A DNA stretch of 64,000 bases from an uncultured bacterium (GCA_965368975.1 CBDUPA010000007.1:128001-192000), one strand, 5' to 3'. Shown: positions 8,860 through 18,345, counted from the stretch's first letter. The notes: generated by a model not told the origin, from the sequence alone. Numbers and translations are program-made.

Positions 8860-10167
8860 TCACGTCCCCAGCGTTCCGTCGAGACGAGATGTCTCGTTCC
8901 GGCTCGGCAACACGACGCGGAAGGTGCTGCCGCGGCCTGGCTCGGAACGGCACTCGATCCGGCCGCCGCAGCGACCCACGATGGTGCGTACAAAGGCCAA
9001 CCCCACGCCTTCGCCCTCGGCGCAATCGGGGGCGACTCGCCGGAACATCTCGAAGGCGCGGTCAATCTGCTCCTTGGTCATTCCACGGCCATTGTCACGG
9101 ACGTAGAAGGACACCTCGGCCTCACCAGGCTCGCCCCAGATCTCGATTTCGCCCGGCCGTTGCGGGTCCAGGTAGTTGATCGCATTGCTCAACAGGTTGG
9201 CGAAAATCAGCTCGATGGCTGTGCGGTCAGCCACGATGTCGGGCAAGTCGCCGGTGGTCGCATGCGCCGTGTGCTGCTCGAGTTGGTGGCTCAGCGAGTG
9301 CAAGAGATTCTGGACGAGAAGACGGGTGTCGATACGTTCCGGACACAGCTCGGCGTGTCCGAGGCGCGCCCAGCGGAGCAAGGCCGAGGTCAGCTTTCCC
9401 ATGCGATGGGTGGCGGAGCGGATGAAGCCGAGAGCGTCCGGTACCTCTTCGTGCAGGACGGCGCTGAGCTGCTGTCCGCGTTCCGCCGGTAGTTGCTGCA
9501 AGAGATCCGCGACGCCGGAAGTGATAGTGGTGATGGCCTCTTCCAGTTCACAGACGAACCCTTCGAGGTTGACCAGCGGCGCCCTCAGATCGTGGGAGAT
9601 GATGTGGGCGAAGCGTCGTAGCTCCGCATTGGCCTGTTCCAGTTCCACTGTCCGAGCGTGCACCCGCTGCTCCAGGGTGTCGTGTGCGCGCTGCAGTTCT
9701 TCTGCCGCTTGCCGCCCTTCGGTGATGTCGAGGACGGTACCCTGGATCGCGTGGTGGCCATCGAAGTTGATGTGGCCGCTCTGGATCATCAGCCAACGGG
9801 TCTCGCCGCTGCGGGTACGGATGCGGAACTCGTAGCGTCGCTGAGCGTCTTGTCGATCCGCGAGTTTGCGGCGCAACTGGTCGAGCATGAACTCCTGGTC
9901 CAAGGGATTGACCAGCGTCTGAACCAGACCCGGCATGCCCATCGAGAACAACTCTTCGCGCGAATAGCCGGTGGTTTCGGCGATCTGCTCGTTGACGTAG
10001 ATCACCTCTTTGGCGTCGAGAATCATGACGCCCTGCAGACTCTGTTCCGCCAGCGCCTGAAACATCGCCTGATCGTTGCGATGAAGCAGCGTGGACCGAG
10101 TTGGAGCCACGCGTTTCCGCGTGGTCGAGGTCACGGCAGCGAACGCTTCGGGAGTTGTGTGTTTCAT
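8860..10167 (-). CDS. PAS-domain sensor histidine kinase (paralog of 7457..8746)
   Basis: PAS, SHDLRAPLVNL, NLLSNAINY, DNGRG, GEGVGL. Confidence 0.92.
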   Translation of the reverse strand: MKHTTPEAFAAVTSTTRKRVAPTRSTLLHRNDQAMFQALAEQSLQGVMILDAKEVIYVNEQIAETTGYSREELFSMGMPGLVQTLVNPLDQEFMLDQLRRKLADRQDAQRRYEFRIRTRSGETRWLMIQSGHINFDGHHAIQGTVLDITEGRQAAEELQRAHDTLEQRVHARTVELEQANAELRRFAHIISHDLRAPLVNLEGFVCELEEAITTITSGVADLLQQLPAERGQQLSAVLHEEVPDALGFIRSATHRMGKLTSALLRWARLGHAELCPERIDTRLLVQNLLHSLSHQLEQHTAHATTGDLPDIVADRTAIELIFANLLSNAINYLDPQRPGEIEIWGEPGEAEVSFYVRDNGRGMTKEQIDRAFEMFRRVAPDCAEGEGVGLAFVRTIVGRCGGRIECRSEPGRGSTFRVVLPSRNETSRLDGTLGT

Positions 10168-10185
10168 CCCAATGGGTCCAACTCA

Positions 10186-10211
10186 ACGGCTTGGTAACAC
10201 GGCTTGGTAAC
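10186..10211. repeat. 13-bp perfect tandem direct repeat
   Basis: ACGGCTTGGTAAC twice, just upstream of the kinase start. Confidence 0.8.
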
Positions 10212-10332
10212 TGAGAGATCTTGAGTCGTTACATTGAGTGTAACAACATTGATCCTCTCTGTCCGCATTCCGTCGGACGGTCTAGAAGGATGAGAGTCCT
10301 GCAGCTGTGTCTAGCGTGGTGAGGAAGCAGGG

Positions 10333-10360
10333 CTGCCGGCGGGGAGATCGATGCCGGCAG
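10333..10360 (-). terminator. Hairpin downstream of tRNA-Lys
   Basis: CTGCCGGC...GCCGGCAG inverted repeat about 10 nt past the tRNA CCA. Confidence 0.55.
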
Positions 10361-10370
10361 GGAGGTGGGT

Positions 10371-10446
10371 TGGTGGGCCGTGAGGGGCTCGAACCCCCGA
10401 CCTACTGGTTAAAAGCCAGCAGCTCTACCAACTGAGCTAACGGCCC
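10371..10446 (-). tRNA. tRNA-Lys(UUU)
   Basis: Reverse complement GGGCCGTTAGCTCAGTTGGTAGAGC-TGCTGG-CT-TTT-AA-CCAGT-AGGTCGGGGGTTCGAGCCCCTCACGGCCCACCA: 76 nt, D and T loops, encoded CCA. Confidence 0.97.
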
Positions 10447-10604
10447 ACCGCAGTGTAACGCATCGGCCCCATCGGATTCCAGGGGGACAACGCCTCGATC
10501 TCGTCGCTGCTGTGTAGATGTCTGCTGGGACTCCAGAGTTTGGTAGCTCTGCTAGACTTTGGGGCCTCGATCACAGACGCACTCAACCATGAGGAGTTCC
10601 ACCG

Positions 10605-11612
10605 ATGTCCATACTCGCCGGATGTATCTTCGGCTTCCTGGCCTGGTTCTTGGTCCGCTACCTGATCTTCGGTTTCTTTACCGTCGACCAGAATGAGCGC
10701 GCAGTCAAGACGGTGTTTGGGCGTGCACAGCGTTTGACGCCGGGGCTGCTGCAGGCGGGCTCGCCGGGCGACGACCTCGACGACGACGAGCGCGAGCGCT
10801 ACAACTTCCCGCAGCTGCGTGTCTACGAGCCGGGGGGGCCGTATTTCAAGATGCCATGGGAGCGGATCTACAAGGTGTCGATCGCCACCGAGACGGTGAG
10901 CATGGCCTACGACCCCGAGAGCGCGACGGCGAACTCCGGCGGCACCATCCTCGAAGCGGTGACCAAGGATCAGCTCAACACCGGCTTGACGGGGCAGATT
11001 CGCTACCGTGTCTCCGAGCGCAACCTCTACGCTTACCTCTTCGGCGTCAAGAACCCGCTGGCGCACGTCATGGGCTACTTCATCTCGGTGCTGCGCGAGC
11101 GCATCGCGACCTTCGAGGCACCGAATCCGATTCCACTGATTCCCGAGGGGCAAGACGGCTTACCGGCGGCGGTGGAGGAGACCATGGTCGAAGGGATCTC
11201 GATCAACGACCTGCGCAAGAACCTACGCGACATCAATGAACACATGCAGCGGGAGTGCAAGACCTCCGAGGCGCGCTACGGCATCATGCTCGATGCATCG
11301 CTGATCACCGGTATCGATCCACCGGAAGATGTGGATTCGGCGCTGGCGGCGATCAACACGGCGCACAATCACGTGTCGTCCGAGGTCAGCTTGGCGCGGG
11401 CCAAGGCCGACCAGCGTTTGGTGCAGTCCAAGCGCGCGGTGGAGATCGAAACGCACAATGCGCACGCCGAGGTCGAGCCGCTCAACGCGCTGGCGGCGCA
11501 GTTGACCGAGCTGAAGAACAGCGGAGGCGGGGCGCTCGCCGCGTACCTGCGCAACGTGCGGCTGGGGCTCTTCGAGCGCGCCCAGCGGGTGTTCCTGGAG
11601 GCGCGGTCATGA
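10605..11612 (+). CDS. SPFH/Band 7 domain membrane protein
   Basis: N-terminal TM, FFTVDQNERAVKTVFG, PGGPYFKMPW, C-terminal AE-rich coiled coil. Confidence 0.8.
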   Translation: MSILAGCIFGFLAWFLVRYLIFGFFTVDQNERAVKTVFGRAQRLTPGLLQAGSPGDDLDDDERERYNFPQLRVYEPGGPYFKMPWERIYKVSIATETVSMAYDPESATANSGGTILEAVTKDQLNTGLTGQIRYRVSERNLYAYLFGVKNPLAHVMGYFISVLRERIATFEAPNPIPLIPEGQDGLPAAVEETMVEGISINDLRKNLRDINEHMQRECKTSEARYGIMLDASLITGIDPPEDVDSALAAINTAHNHVSSEVSLARAKADQRLVQSKRAVEIETHNAHAEVEPLNALAAQLTELKNSGGGALAAYLRNVRLGLFERAQRVFLEARS

Positions 11613-12511
11613 ACTTCGTCATCGCAGCGGTCGTCACGTTCTTCGCCAGTTTCATCCTGGTGCCGCTCTTCTTGCTCCTGGTGCGCATGTTCGGCGTCTA
11701 CGCCATCGTGCAGGAGCGCAGGTGTCTCGTCTACGTGCTGTTCGGCAAAGTCGTGCTGGTGCTCAACGAGCCCGGTCTGCACCTGCTGTGGCTCAAGATG
11801 GGCCCCAAGGCCTTGTTCGTGCGCTGGTTCGGTCAGTGCTACACGCTCGACATGCGGCTCGACCAGGTGTACTTGCGCAGCCAGCCGGTCAATTCCGAAG
11901 AAGGCGCGCCGATGGGCATCGGCATGTGGTACGAGATGTACATCAGCGATCCGGTGGCCTTCCTGTTCAAGAACACCGACCCGCGCGGCTCGCTGGCCGC
12001 CAACGTCAGCAACGCGACAGTGCGCTGCTTGAGCAACATGGAACTCGACACCATGCTCACCAGTCGTCACGGTATGAGCCGGTCGGTGCGCCAGGAGGTG
12101 TCGCCGATGTCGCACGAGTGGGGGTACAAGCTCGGCTCGGTGTACATCCGCAAGGTGCATTTCCGTGATCGCGACATGATCCGGCAGATCGAGGAGAAGG
12201 TGGTCAACCGCTTGCGCCAGGTGACCTCGGCGATCTTGCAGGACGGCGAGAACCAGGTCAACGTGATCACCAGTACCGCCGAGCGCAAGGCGGCGATCGA
12301 GTTCGCCAAAGCGGCGGCGTTGCGGCCCAAGATCGTCGGCGCGGCGTTGCAGAAGATTGCGCAGGATCCGGAGGTGGAGGCGGCGATGTTCGAGGTTCTG
12401 GAGCTGCAACGACTGGTCGAGGGCGAGAAGTCGCTGACGCTGGTGCCACGGGGGGCCGGTGACGGGGGCAGTGGTGTGTTGACCGAACTGTTAGCGGCGA
12501 AGGAGGGGTGA
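11609..12511 (+). CDS. SPFH/Band 7 domain membrane protein (second subunit)
   Basis: ATGA overlap; TM then LFGKVV..EPGLH, WGYKLGSVYIRKV; HflK/HflC-like pairing. Confidence 0.8.
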   Translation: MNFVIAAVVTFFASFILVPLFLLLVRMFGVYAIVQERRCLVYVLFGKVVLVLNEPGLHLLWLKMGPKALFVRWFGQCYTLDMRLDQVYLRSQPVNSEEGAPMGIGMWYEMYISDPVAFLFKNTDPRGSLAANVSNATVRCLSNMELDTMLTSRHGMSRSVRQEVSPMSHEWGYKLGSVYIRKVHFRDRDMIRQIEEKVVNRLRQVTSAILQDGENQVNVITSTAERKAAIEFAKAAALRPKIVGAALQKIAQDPEVEAAMFEVLELQRLVEGEKSLTLVPRGAGDGGSGVLTELLAAKEG

Positions 12512-12555
12512 TGGGCTTTCGAAGCAGCGCATGGATGCCGTATCCTTGCGGCGTT

Positions 12556-13071
12556 ATGAACATCCAATGCTCGCGACCCTTGAAAAGCCTTCTCGTCCTC
12601 CTCGCTGTCACCACGCTCGGCGGGCTCACCGCCTGCGGTGGCGGCGAAGTAGCCCCCGGCGAACGCCAGCGCGCGCCGGCCTTCGAACTGCCCAGCCTCG
12701 ACGGCGACAGCGTCAGCTTGCAAGGGCTGTCCGGCCAGGTCGTGCTGATCGACTTCTGGGCTACCTGGTGTGTGCCGTGCCACAAGCAGCAGGAGATCAT
12801 GGAGCCGCTGTACCCTGAGTTCAAGGACCGCGGCGTCGAGTTCTTGTCCATCGACGTCGAAGAATCCGAGGACGCGGTACGCGCTTTCGTCGAGCAGCAC
12901 CCGTTCCCGAACCCGGTGCTGCTGGACGAGAACGGCGAAGTGCAAGCGGACTTCGACGTCTTCGGCCTGCCGACGCTGGTGCTGGTCGACCAGCAGGGGC
13001 GCATTGCCTTTCAGCGTACCTCTGTGACCGATGAGGCGACTCTACGCCGCCTCATCGAGCAAGAGCTGTAA
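12556..13071 (+). CDS. TlpA/ResA-like thioredoxin lipoprotein
   Basis: Lipobox LTAC; APAFELPSLDG; DFWATWCVPC; GLPT cis-Pro motif. Confidence 0.9.
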   Translation: MNIQCSRPLKSLLVLLAVTTLGGLTACGGGEVAPGERQRAPAFELPSLDGDSVSLQGLSGQVVLIDFWATWCVPCHKQQEIMEPLYPEFKDRGVEFLSIDVEESEDAVRAFVEQHPFPNPVLLDENGEVQADFDVFGLPTLVLVDQQGRIAFQRTSVTDEATLRRLIEQEL

Positions 13072-13084
13072 GAGGCAGCAGCGC

Positions 13085-13795
13085 CTACTTCAGGACCACC
13101 AGCACCACACGTCGGTTCTGCGCCCGGCCGTCGGCGGTCCCGTTGTCGGCGACGGGGGCGCTCTCGCCGTAGGAGATCACCGAGATGCGGTGTAGCGGGA
13201 AGCCGTGGCGCAGGCTCAGGTGCCGGCGCACGGACTCGGCGCGCTTGAGGCCGAGTTCGTAGTTGTAGGCGTCGGCACCGGAGGCGTCCGTGTGGCCCTG
13301 GATCTCGATGTAGAGGTCTGTGTTCTCGCGCTTGATCTCTTCGGCGAACTGGTCGATCACCGCCTGTGCCGAGTCGGAGAGCACGGCATCGTCGAGGCCG
13401 AACTGGACCTGCGAGTCGTTGAAGCTGGTTTCGTAGAGGAACTGGCCCTCCGCCAGCTTACCGGCGGCTTCGGCCCGGGCCATGGCTTCACGGGCGGTGT
13501 CGGACGCCTCGGCCAGGCGCTGCTCGTTGGCCTCGATCTTCGCTTGCTGTTCGGTCAAGCGCTGATCCTGGACGTCGAGTTCGCTCTGGTTGGCTTCGAC
13601 CTGGCTCTCGATACTCTCCATCCGTTGATCGGTCTGGACACCTGAGGTACGGATTTGCTCCTGGACGTACTGCTTGGTGGCGCAGCCACTGGTGAGCACG
13701 GCGAGGGAACCGACCAGGAGGGTCGCGACCGGCAGCCGCCGGGGACGAAGAGAGCGAGTGTGAGCGGGTTGGGAACTGCGTGCAAGGGATTGCAT
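13085..13795 (-). CDS. OmpA-family lipoprotein
   Basis: RBS AAGGAGG; lipobox TSGC; coiled coil; IQGHTD, YNYELGLKRA, ISYGE, QNRRV. The extra N-terminal part of ORF 13085..14353 is spurious. Confidence 0.9.
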   Translation of the reverse strand: MQSLARSSQPAHTRSLRPRRLPVATLLVGSLAVLTSGCATKQYVQEQIRTSGVQTDQRMESIESQVEANQSELDVQDQRLTEQQAKIEANEQRLAEASDTAREAMARAEAAGKLAEGQFLYETSFNDSQVQFGLDDAVLSDSAQAVIDQFAEEIKRENTDLYIEIQGHTDASGADAYNYELGLKRAESVRRHLSLRHGFPLHRISVISYGESAPVADNGTADGRAQNRRVVLVVLK

Positions 13796-13895
13796 GGTGG
13801 GTGCCTCCTTGGGATTGTATGGATGAAAATATAGCATGTTATCTATATTCGGGTCTCGGCCTAGCTTATCGCCGGCTCGCAGACGGTGGAAGAGT

Positions 13896-14933
13896 TCACC
13901 GTGGGGTCTCGGCTGGCGCCGGTGGGGCTCCCTGGTAGCGCTGGCGGAAACGCACGCTGCCGGCACGCCGATGCTCGACCTCGACCAGCAATTCATGCTC
14001 ACGATCCTCCGTTCCCGTGCCGGTGCGACGACTGCCGCTGGTGGGGAAGGCGAGCACGTATTGGTGACGCAACTCGTCGCCGAGCCGGCGGCATACCGCC
14101 GCGACGTCCGCGGGACCGTCGACACGCTGGTAGCGGCCGCCGCTGTCGTAGGCCAGGCGCACCAGCACGTCCTCTGGGGCCGGGCGTTGCCACTGGCCGT
14201 CCGGACCGCGCTCGAGGGGGCCGGAGCCGAGAATGGGCAGGCCGAGATCGATAGGGTAGACGGCGACCTTGGCGTCGCGAACTCGCTGGCGGGCTTCACC
14301 GGCGGTCGAGCGGCTGGCGTTGTCGGCACCGTCGGTGACCAGAATGGCGGCACGGCGGTGATGGCGCATGCCTTCGAGCAGCCACGGGAGACGCCCGACC
14401 GCGTCGTGTAGGGCAGTGACGCCGCGGGCTCGCCACTGCTCGGCGTCAGCTTCGAGCAGCGTCTTGTTGCGAGTGAAGGGCAAGCGCAGCCGTACCTCTT
14501 GGTTGCCGAAGCCGACGACCGAGATCTCGTGTGTCGTGCCCGGTACTAGCAGCGTGTCCCGCAGGCAGGCGAGCAACTCGCGACCGGTCTCCAGTCTCCC
14601 ATCGTTGCTCATGCTGCCACTCAGGTCTTGCAGGAAGAGCAAGGACACGGGTGCTTCGTCGTCACCCTCGAAGCTGGCGATCGGCACGCGCTGGTCGTCG
14701 ACGAAGAGCCGGAAATCGTCAACCGTCAGGTCGGTGAGGTAGCCGCCCTGGCGGTCCTGCACCACCACGGGCACCAGTACCCACGTGACTTGCACGGTGT
14801 CGCCAAACTCTTGGGACTGGTGGCTCGCCTGGTCGGTCGATTGGGCGCTGCGGGTCGGCAAGAGCAGCAGCACGGTCAGCAGCGCTGCCGCGAACTTTAC
14901 TCGGCGCTGCGAAACGGCTAGCCTGCGCACCAT
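13896..14933 (-). CDS. VWA-domain protein (Acidobacterial VWFA-related type)
   Basis: Signal peptide; VPVVVQD...DLTVDDFRL; MIDAS DLSGSM, TALHDA, VTDGAD; LRHQYVLAF. Start uncertain. Confidence 0.82.
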   Translation of the reverse strand: MVRRLAVSQRRVKFAAALLTVLLLLPTRSAQSTDQASHQSQEFGDTVQVTWVLVPVVVQDRQGGYLTDLTVDDFRLFVDDQRVPIASFEGDDEAPVSLLFLQDLSGSMSNDGRLETGRELLACLRDTLLVPGTTHEISVVGFGNQEVRLRLPFTRNKTLLEADAEQWRARGVTALHDAVGRLPWLLEGMRHHRRAAILVTDGADNASRSTAGEARQRVRDAKVAVYPIDLGLPILGSGPLERGPDGQWQRPAPEDVLVRLAYDSGGRYQRVDGPADVAAVCRRLGDELRHQYVLAFPTSGSRRTGTGTEDREHELLVEVEHRRAGSVRFRQRYQGAPPAPAETPR

Positions 14934-15318
14934 GAGCGAGAACGCCCCGACGGATGTCCCTGCCGCGCCGGATACCGCCGCCGAGCAGCTCGAGCCAGCC
15001 AGCGACGACGGAACCCTCTTCGGAATGACCGAAGACCAGGTCGCCGAGAATTTCAGTCCGATCAACATCCGTAACGTCTCCATCAAGTGCGGTCGCTGCC
15101 AAAGCTACCAGACCTTGAGCGCCTTCGAGCGTCGGGGTACCTGGAACGTCTACACCTACGAGTGTGAGGACCAGGTGTGTGAACCGTCGCACAGCCGAAC
15201 GCTGATCGAGGTGCCGGCGGTACTCGACGAGTTCGCCAACCGAGACCCCAACTGGCGCGGTGGCAAGCGGCATGCGGGAGCGGATCCGGCGGGTGGCTCG
15301 GAGGATCACGGAGACTGA
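14932..15318 (+). CDS. Small putative Zn-ribbon protein
   Basis: CGRC...YECEDQVC (four Cys); coding-like codon usage; upstream of the GAPDH-like gene. Confidence 0.6.
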   Translation: MSENAPTDVPAAPDTAAEQLEPASDDGTLFGMTEDQVAENFSPINIRNVSIKCGRCQSYQTLSAFERRGTWNVYTYECEDQVCEPSHSRTLIEVPAVLDEFANRDPNWRGGKRHAGADPAGGSEDHGD

Positions 15319-15451
15319 CCGCATCGGCCGCCGGTGCGATAAGATGGGCCGTCTCTGCTCGCCGATGCGCTCCTGTGTCGGCAACACGACTCTACCAACC
15401 AAGACTCTCCAGCAACCCCCAGTCTCCGTTCGGGCAGGAAAGGGAAATCCG

Positions 15452-16516
15452 ATGAAGAATACCGTTCATATCGTGGGCACCGGTACGATCGGCGAGCCGT
15501 TGATCGGTCTGTTCGCCGACTTCGGCAAGAAGATGGGCGTCGACGAAGTCACGTTTCACAAGCGCACCCCACTGTCTGACGATCGTGCCAAGATCGGGCA
15601 CTTGATGGACCGGGGCGCCAAGCTGGCCGTCGACCCGGATCGGGTCGAAGCCTTCGAGAAGCTCGGGCACAAGGTCAGTTTCGAGGCTGGTGAAGCCCTC
15701 GACCGCGCCAGCGTGATCATCGACTGCACGCCTGCCGGCAACGAGAACAAAGAGAAGTACTACAAGCACCTCTCGGGGCCCAAAGGATTTCTGGCGCAGG
15801 GTAGTGAGTTCGGTTTCGGCAAGCCGTACGCTCGCGGGGTCAACGACGAGGTGCTCGATCCGGACAAGGACCGATTCCTGCAGGTGGTGTCGTGCAACAC
15901 TCACAACATCACCACGCTGATCCGCACGATCGCCTCCGACTCGGTGGACGACTGCTACCTGGAGAGCGGTGACTTCGTCTGCATGCGGCGCGCCAACGAC
16001 ATTACGCAGGCCGCTTCCTTCATCCCGGCGCCGCAGGTCGGCAACCACAGTGACGCGGAGTTCGGCACGCACCATGCGCGCGACGCCAATAGCTTGTTCC
16101 AGACCATGGGGCACGATCTCGATCTGTTCTCGTCGGCGGTCAAGCTCAACAGTCAGTACATGCACTCGATCCGTTTCAACCTGCGCTTGACTCGCGACAT
16201 CACGCTCGACGAGGTCAAGCGCCGCCTGCGCGACAACCACCGTGTCGCGATGACGGACAAGAACCTGGCCAACCTGATCTTCAGCTTCGGTCGCGACCAT
16301 GGCTATTACGGTCGCATCCTGTCGCAGACGGTGATCGTCGAGCCGACGCTGACGGTACGCCATGGCCGCGAGGTCTACGGTTTCTGCTTCACGCCGCAGG
16401 ATGGCAATTCGCTGCTGTCGTCGGTGGCCGCGGCGCTGTGGTTGATCGATCCAAACCAAGACAGTGTGCGCGAGCGTCTGACGCCGATCCGCCGCTGGCT
16501 GTATCGGGAGATCTGA
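15452..16516 (+). CDS. Archaeal-type (class II) glyceraldehyde-3-phosphate dehydrogenase-like protein
   Basis: Rossmann GTGTIG, IIDCTP, catalytic VVSCNTH, RRAND, THHARD; these match class II rather than class I (SCTTNC). Confidence 0.78.
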   Translation: MKNTVHIVGTGTIGEPLIGLFADFGKKMGVDEVTFHKRTPLSDDRAKIGHLMDRGAKLAVDPDRVEAFEKLGHKVSFEAGEALDRASVIIDCTPAGNENKEKYYKHLSGPKGFLAQGSEFGFGKPYARGVNDEVLDPDKDRFLQVVSCNTHNITTLIRTIASDSVDDCYLESGDFVCMRRANDITQAASFIPAPQVGNHSDAEFGTHHARDANSLFQTMGHDLDLFSSAVKLNSQYMHSIRFNLRLTRDITLDEVKRRLRDNHRVAMTDKNLANLIFSFGRDHGYYGRILSQTVIVEPTLTVRHGREVYGFCFTPQDGNSLLSSVAAALWLIDPNQDSVRERLTPIRRWLYREI

Positions 16517-18225
16517 TGGCTGAAGATGGAGGACGCCGGTCCGGCCGCGGAGGTGCAGAGAAGGGTGGTGGTGCGGGCAAAGGGCGTCCTCCGGGACGTG
16601 GGGGGCCACCCCGTGGCGGCCCACCCCGTGGCGGCCCACCCCGTGGCGGCCCATCTCGTGGCGGCCCGCCGCGCGGCTCGAAGGAGGGAGGCTCCCAGGA
16701 GCGCGGTCCCCGTCCCGGGGGTCCCCGCCCGGGGGGACCACGATCGGGCGGTCCACGTCCAGACGGTCCGCGTCCTGGTGGCCCACGATCAGGCGGTCCG
16801 CGTCCTGGTGGCCCACGATCAGGCGGTCCGCGTTCAGGTGGTCCACGACCGGGCGGCCCACGACCGGGTGGTCCACGACGTGGTGGCCCGCCGCGTTCCG
16901 ATCGCCCCCGTTCCGATCGACCCCATGCTGATCGGTCCCACACGGGCGACGCGCCGCCACGGCCCGAAGTGCCGACGGTACTGTCGCCTACCGCGCAGAA
17001 GCTGGCGGCACTCGACGAACTGGAGCTGACCATTGATCAGCTGGTCGCCGGGGGGGACGGCCTGGGCCGCTACGAGGGCATTCCCATCTTCGTGCCCCGC
17101 TCGGCTCCCGGCGATCGCCTGCGCGTGCGCCTGACCGAGCGGCGCCCCGACTACGGTCGTGCCGAGATCGTCGATGTGCTCGAAGCCGGTCCGGGTCGCC
17201 GCGAGCCCCCGTGCCCCTTCTTCGCACAATGTGGTGGTTGTGACCTCCAGCACCTGGACGACACGCTGCAGACCCAGCTCAAAGTCCAGGCCCTGGCCGA
17301 CACCCTGCGCCGTCTCGGCCGACTCGACGGTCTGCCCGAGATCCAGCTGCGAACCGGTGACGCCTGGGGTTATCGTTTGCGCACGCAGTTGCAGGTCGAG
17401 GCGACGGACGAACGTGCCCGCATCGGCTACTTCGCGCGCCGCAGCCACGAACTGGTGGCGATCGACCGCTGTCCGATCCTGGTACCCGAGCTGGAAGCTC
17501 AACTGACCCAGCTGCCCAAGCCGCTGCGCGACCTCCAGGCCACGGGGCGTGTGCCGCGGCGCCTCGACTTGTGCGCCGGCAACGATGGCCGCCTGAGCAG
17601 CGCTCCGGTGGTCGAGGGATTGCCGCAAGGCGAAGTGATGCTGACCTTCGAGGACAAGGCCGGTACGGCAGCCACGGGGTCGACTTTCGGCCCGCTCGAA
17701 TACATCTACGATGCCCGCAGCTTCTTCCAGGCCCACCGCGGCCTGCTCGCCACCCTGGTCGGCGAAGCGGTCGGCCCGTGGCAGGGTGGCACCGCCATTG
17801 ACCTGTACGCTGGCGTTGGTCTCTTCGCAATGCCGCTGGCGCGTCGCTATCAGAAGGTCATCGCCGTCGAAGCCGAGCGCGTCTCCGCGCGCTTCGCCCG
17901 TCGGAACGCCCGGCGCAACGACGTGCAAAGCAAGGTCGAAGTCGTCGGCCAGGCGGTCGAGACGTGGATCCCAGAGATCCCAGAAGGCGTCGACCGGGTG
18001 CTCGTCGATCCCCCGCGAGCCGGCCTCGCTGGTCGCGTGCGCGGTGTCCTGCTGCAACGCTTGCCGCCGCGCATCACCTACGTCTCCTGCCACCCCGCCA
18101 CCCTCGCCCGTGACCTGCGTCACCTGAGCAAGAACTACAGCGTCGAGAGCATTACGGCGCTCGACATGTTCCCGCAGACGGGACACTTGGAAACGGTTGT
18201 GCAGTTGCTGCGAAACGAAGGCTGA
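16516..18225 (+). CDS. rlmD: 23S rRNA m5U methyltransferase RlmD/RumA family with Gly/Pro/Arg-rich N-terminal extension
   Basis: TRAM domain, CPFFAQCGGC Fe-S motif, SFFQ, DLYAGVG, VDPPRAG, YVSC, DMFPQTGHLE; TGATG coupling to the upstream gene. Confidence 0.9.
   Translation: MAEDGGRRSGRGGAEKGGGAGKGRPPGRGGPPRGGPPRGGPPRGGPSRGGPPRGSKEGGSQERGPRPGGPRPGGPRSGGPRPDGPRPGGPRSGGPRPGGPRSGGPRSGGPRPGGPRPGGPRRGGPPRSDRPRSDRPHADRSHTGDAPPRPEVPTVLSPTAQKLAALDELELTIDQLVAGGDGLGRYEGIPIFVPRSAPGDRLRVRLTERRPDYGRAEIVDVLEAGPGRREPPCPFFAQCGGCDLQHLDDTLQTQLKVQALADTLRRLGRLDGLPEIQLRTGDAWGYRLRTQLQVEATDERARIGYFARRSHELVAIDRCPILVPELEAQLTQLPKPLRDLQATGRVPRRLDLCAGNDGRLSSAPVVEGLPQGEVMLTFEDKAGTAATGSTFGPLEYIYDARSFFQAHRGLLATLVGEAVGPWQGGTAIDLYAGVGLFAMPLARRYQKVIAVEAERVSARFARRNARRNDVQSKVEVVGQAVETWIPEIPEGVDRVLVDPPRAGLAGRVRGVLLQRLPPRITYVSCHPATLARDLRHLSKNYSVESITALDMFPQTGHLETVVQLLRNEG
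16600..16935 (+). repeat. 15-bp-unit coding repeats (GGPPR, PR[PS]GG, SDRPR)
   Basis: GGCCCACCCCGTGGC three times, then roughly ten PRPGG/PRSGG units. Confidence 0.9.
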
Positions 18226-18345
18226 ATCGCCGGTCTTGCTTCTCCTCTCCGAGTTCGTATGATGGTCCCGCTTGTTTTTGGCACGGCTGTGTTTGGCCGA
18301 TAGGGCCCCCAGCCAAGATGACTTGATTTACGGAGGAGAAGCAGC

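Noticed and set aside
10371-10446. tRNA-Lys as attachment site of an integrated island
   Set aside because: No duplicated tRNA 3' end and no integrase seen in the window; an att site outside the window cannot be excluded.
16600-16935. Repeat array as a possible CRISPR
   Set aside because: Contiguous 15-bp in-frame coding units without unique spacers; no cas genes in the window.
16389-17033. Minus-strand RGPPG-repeat ORF (214 aa)
   Set aside because: Antisense mirror of the rlmD N-terminal repeat; the plus frame is continuous with the enzyme.
18279-18295. TGGCACG upstream of the aminotransferase as a sigma54 promoter
   Set aside because: No TGC at the required -12 spacing.
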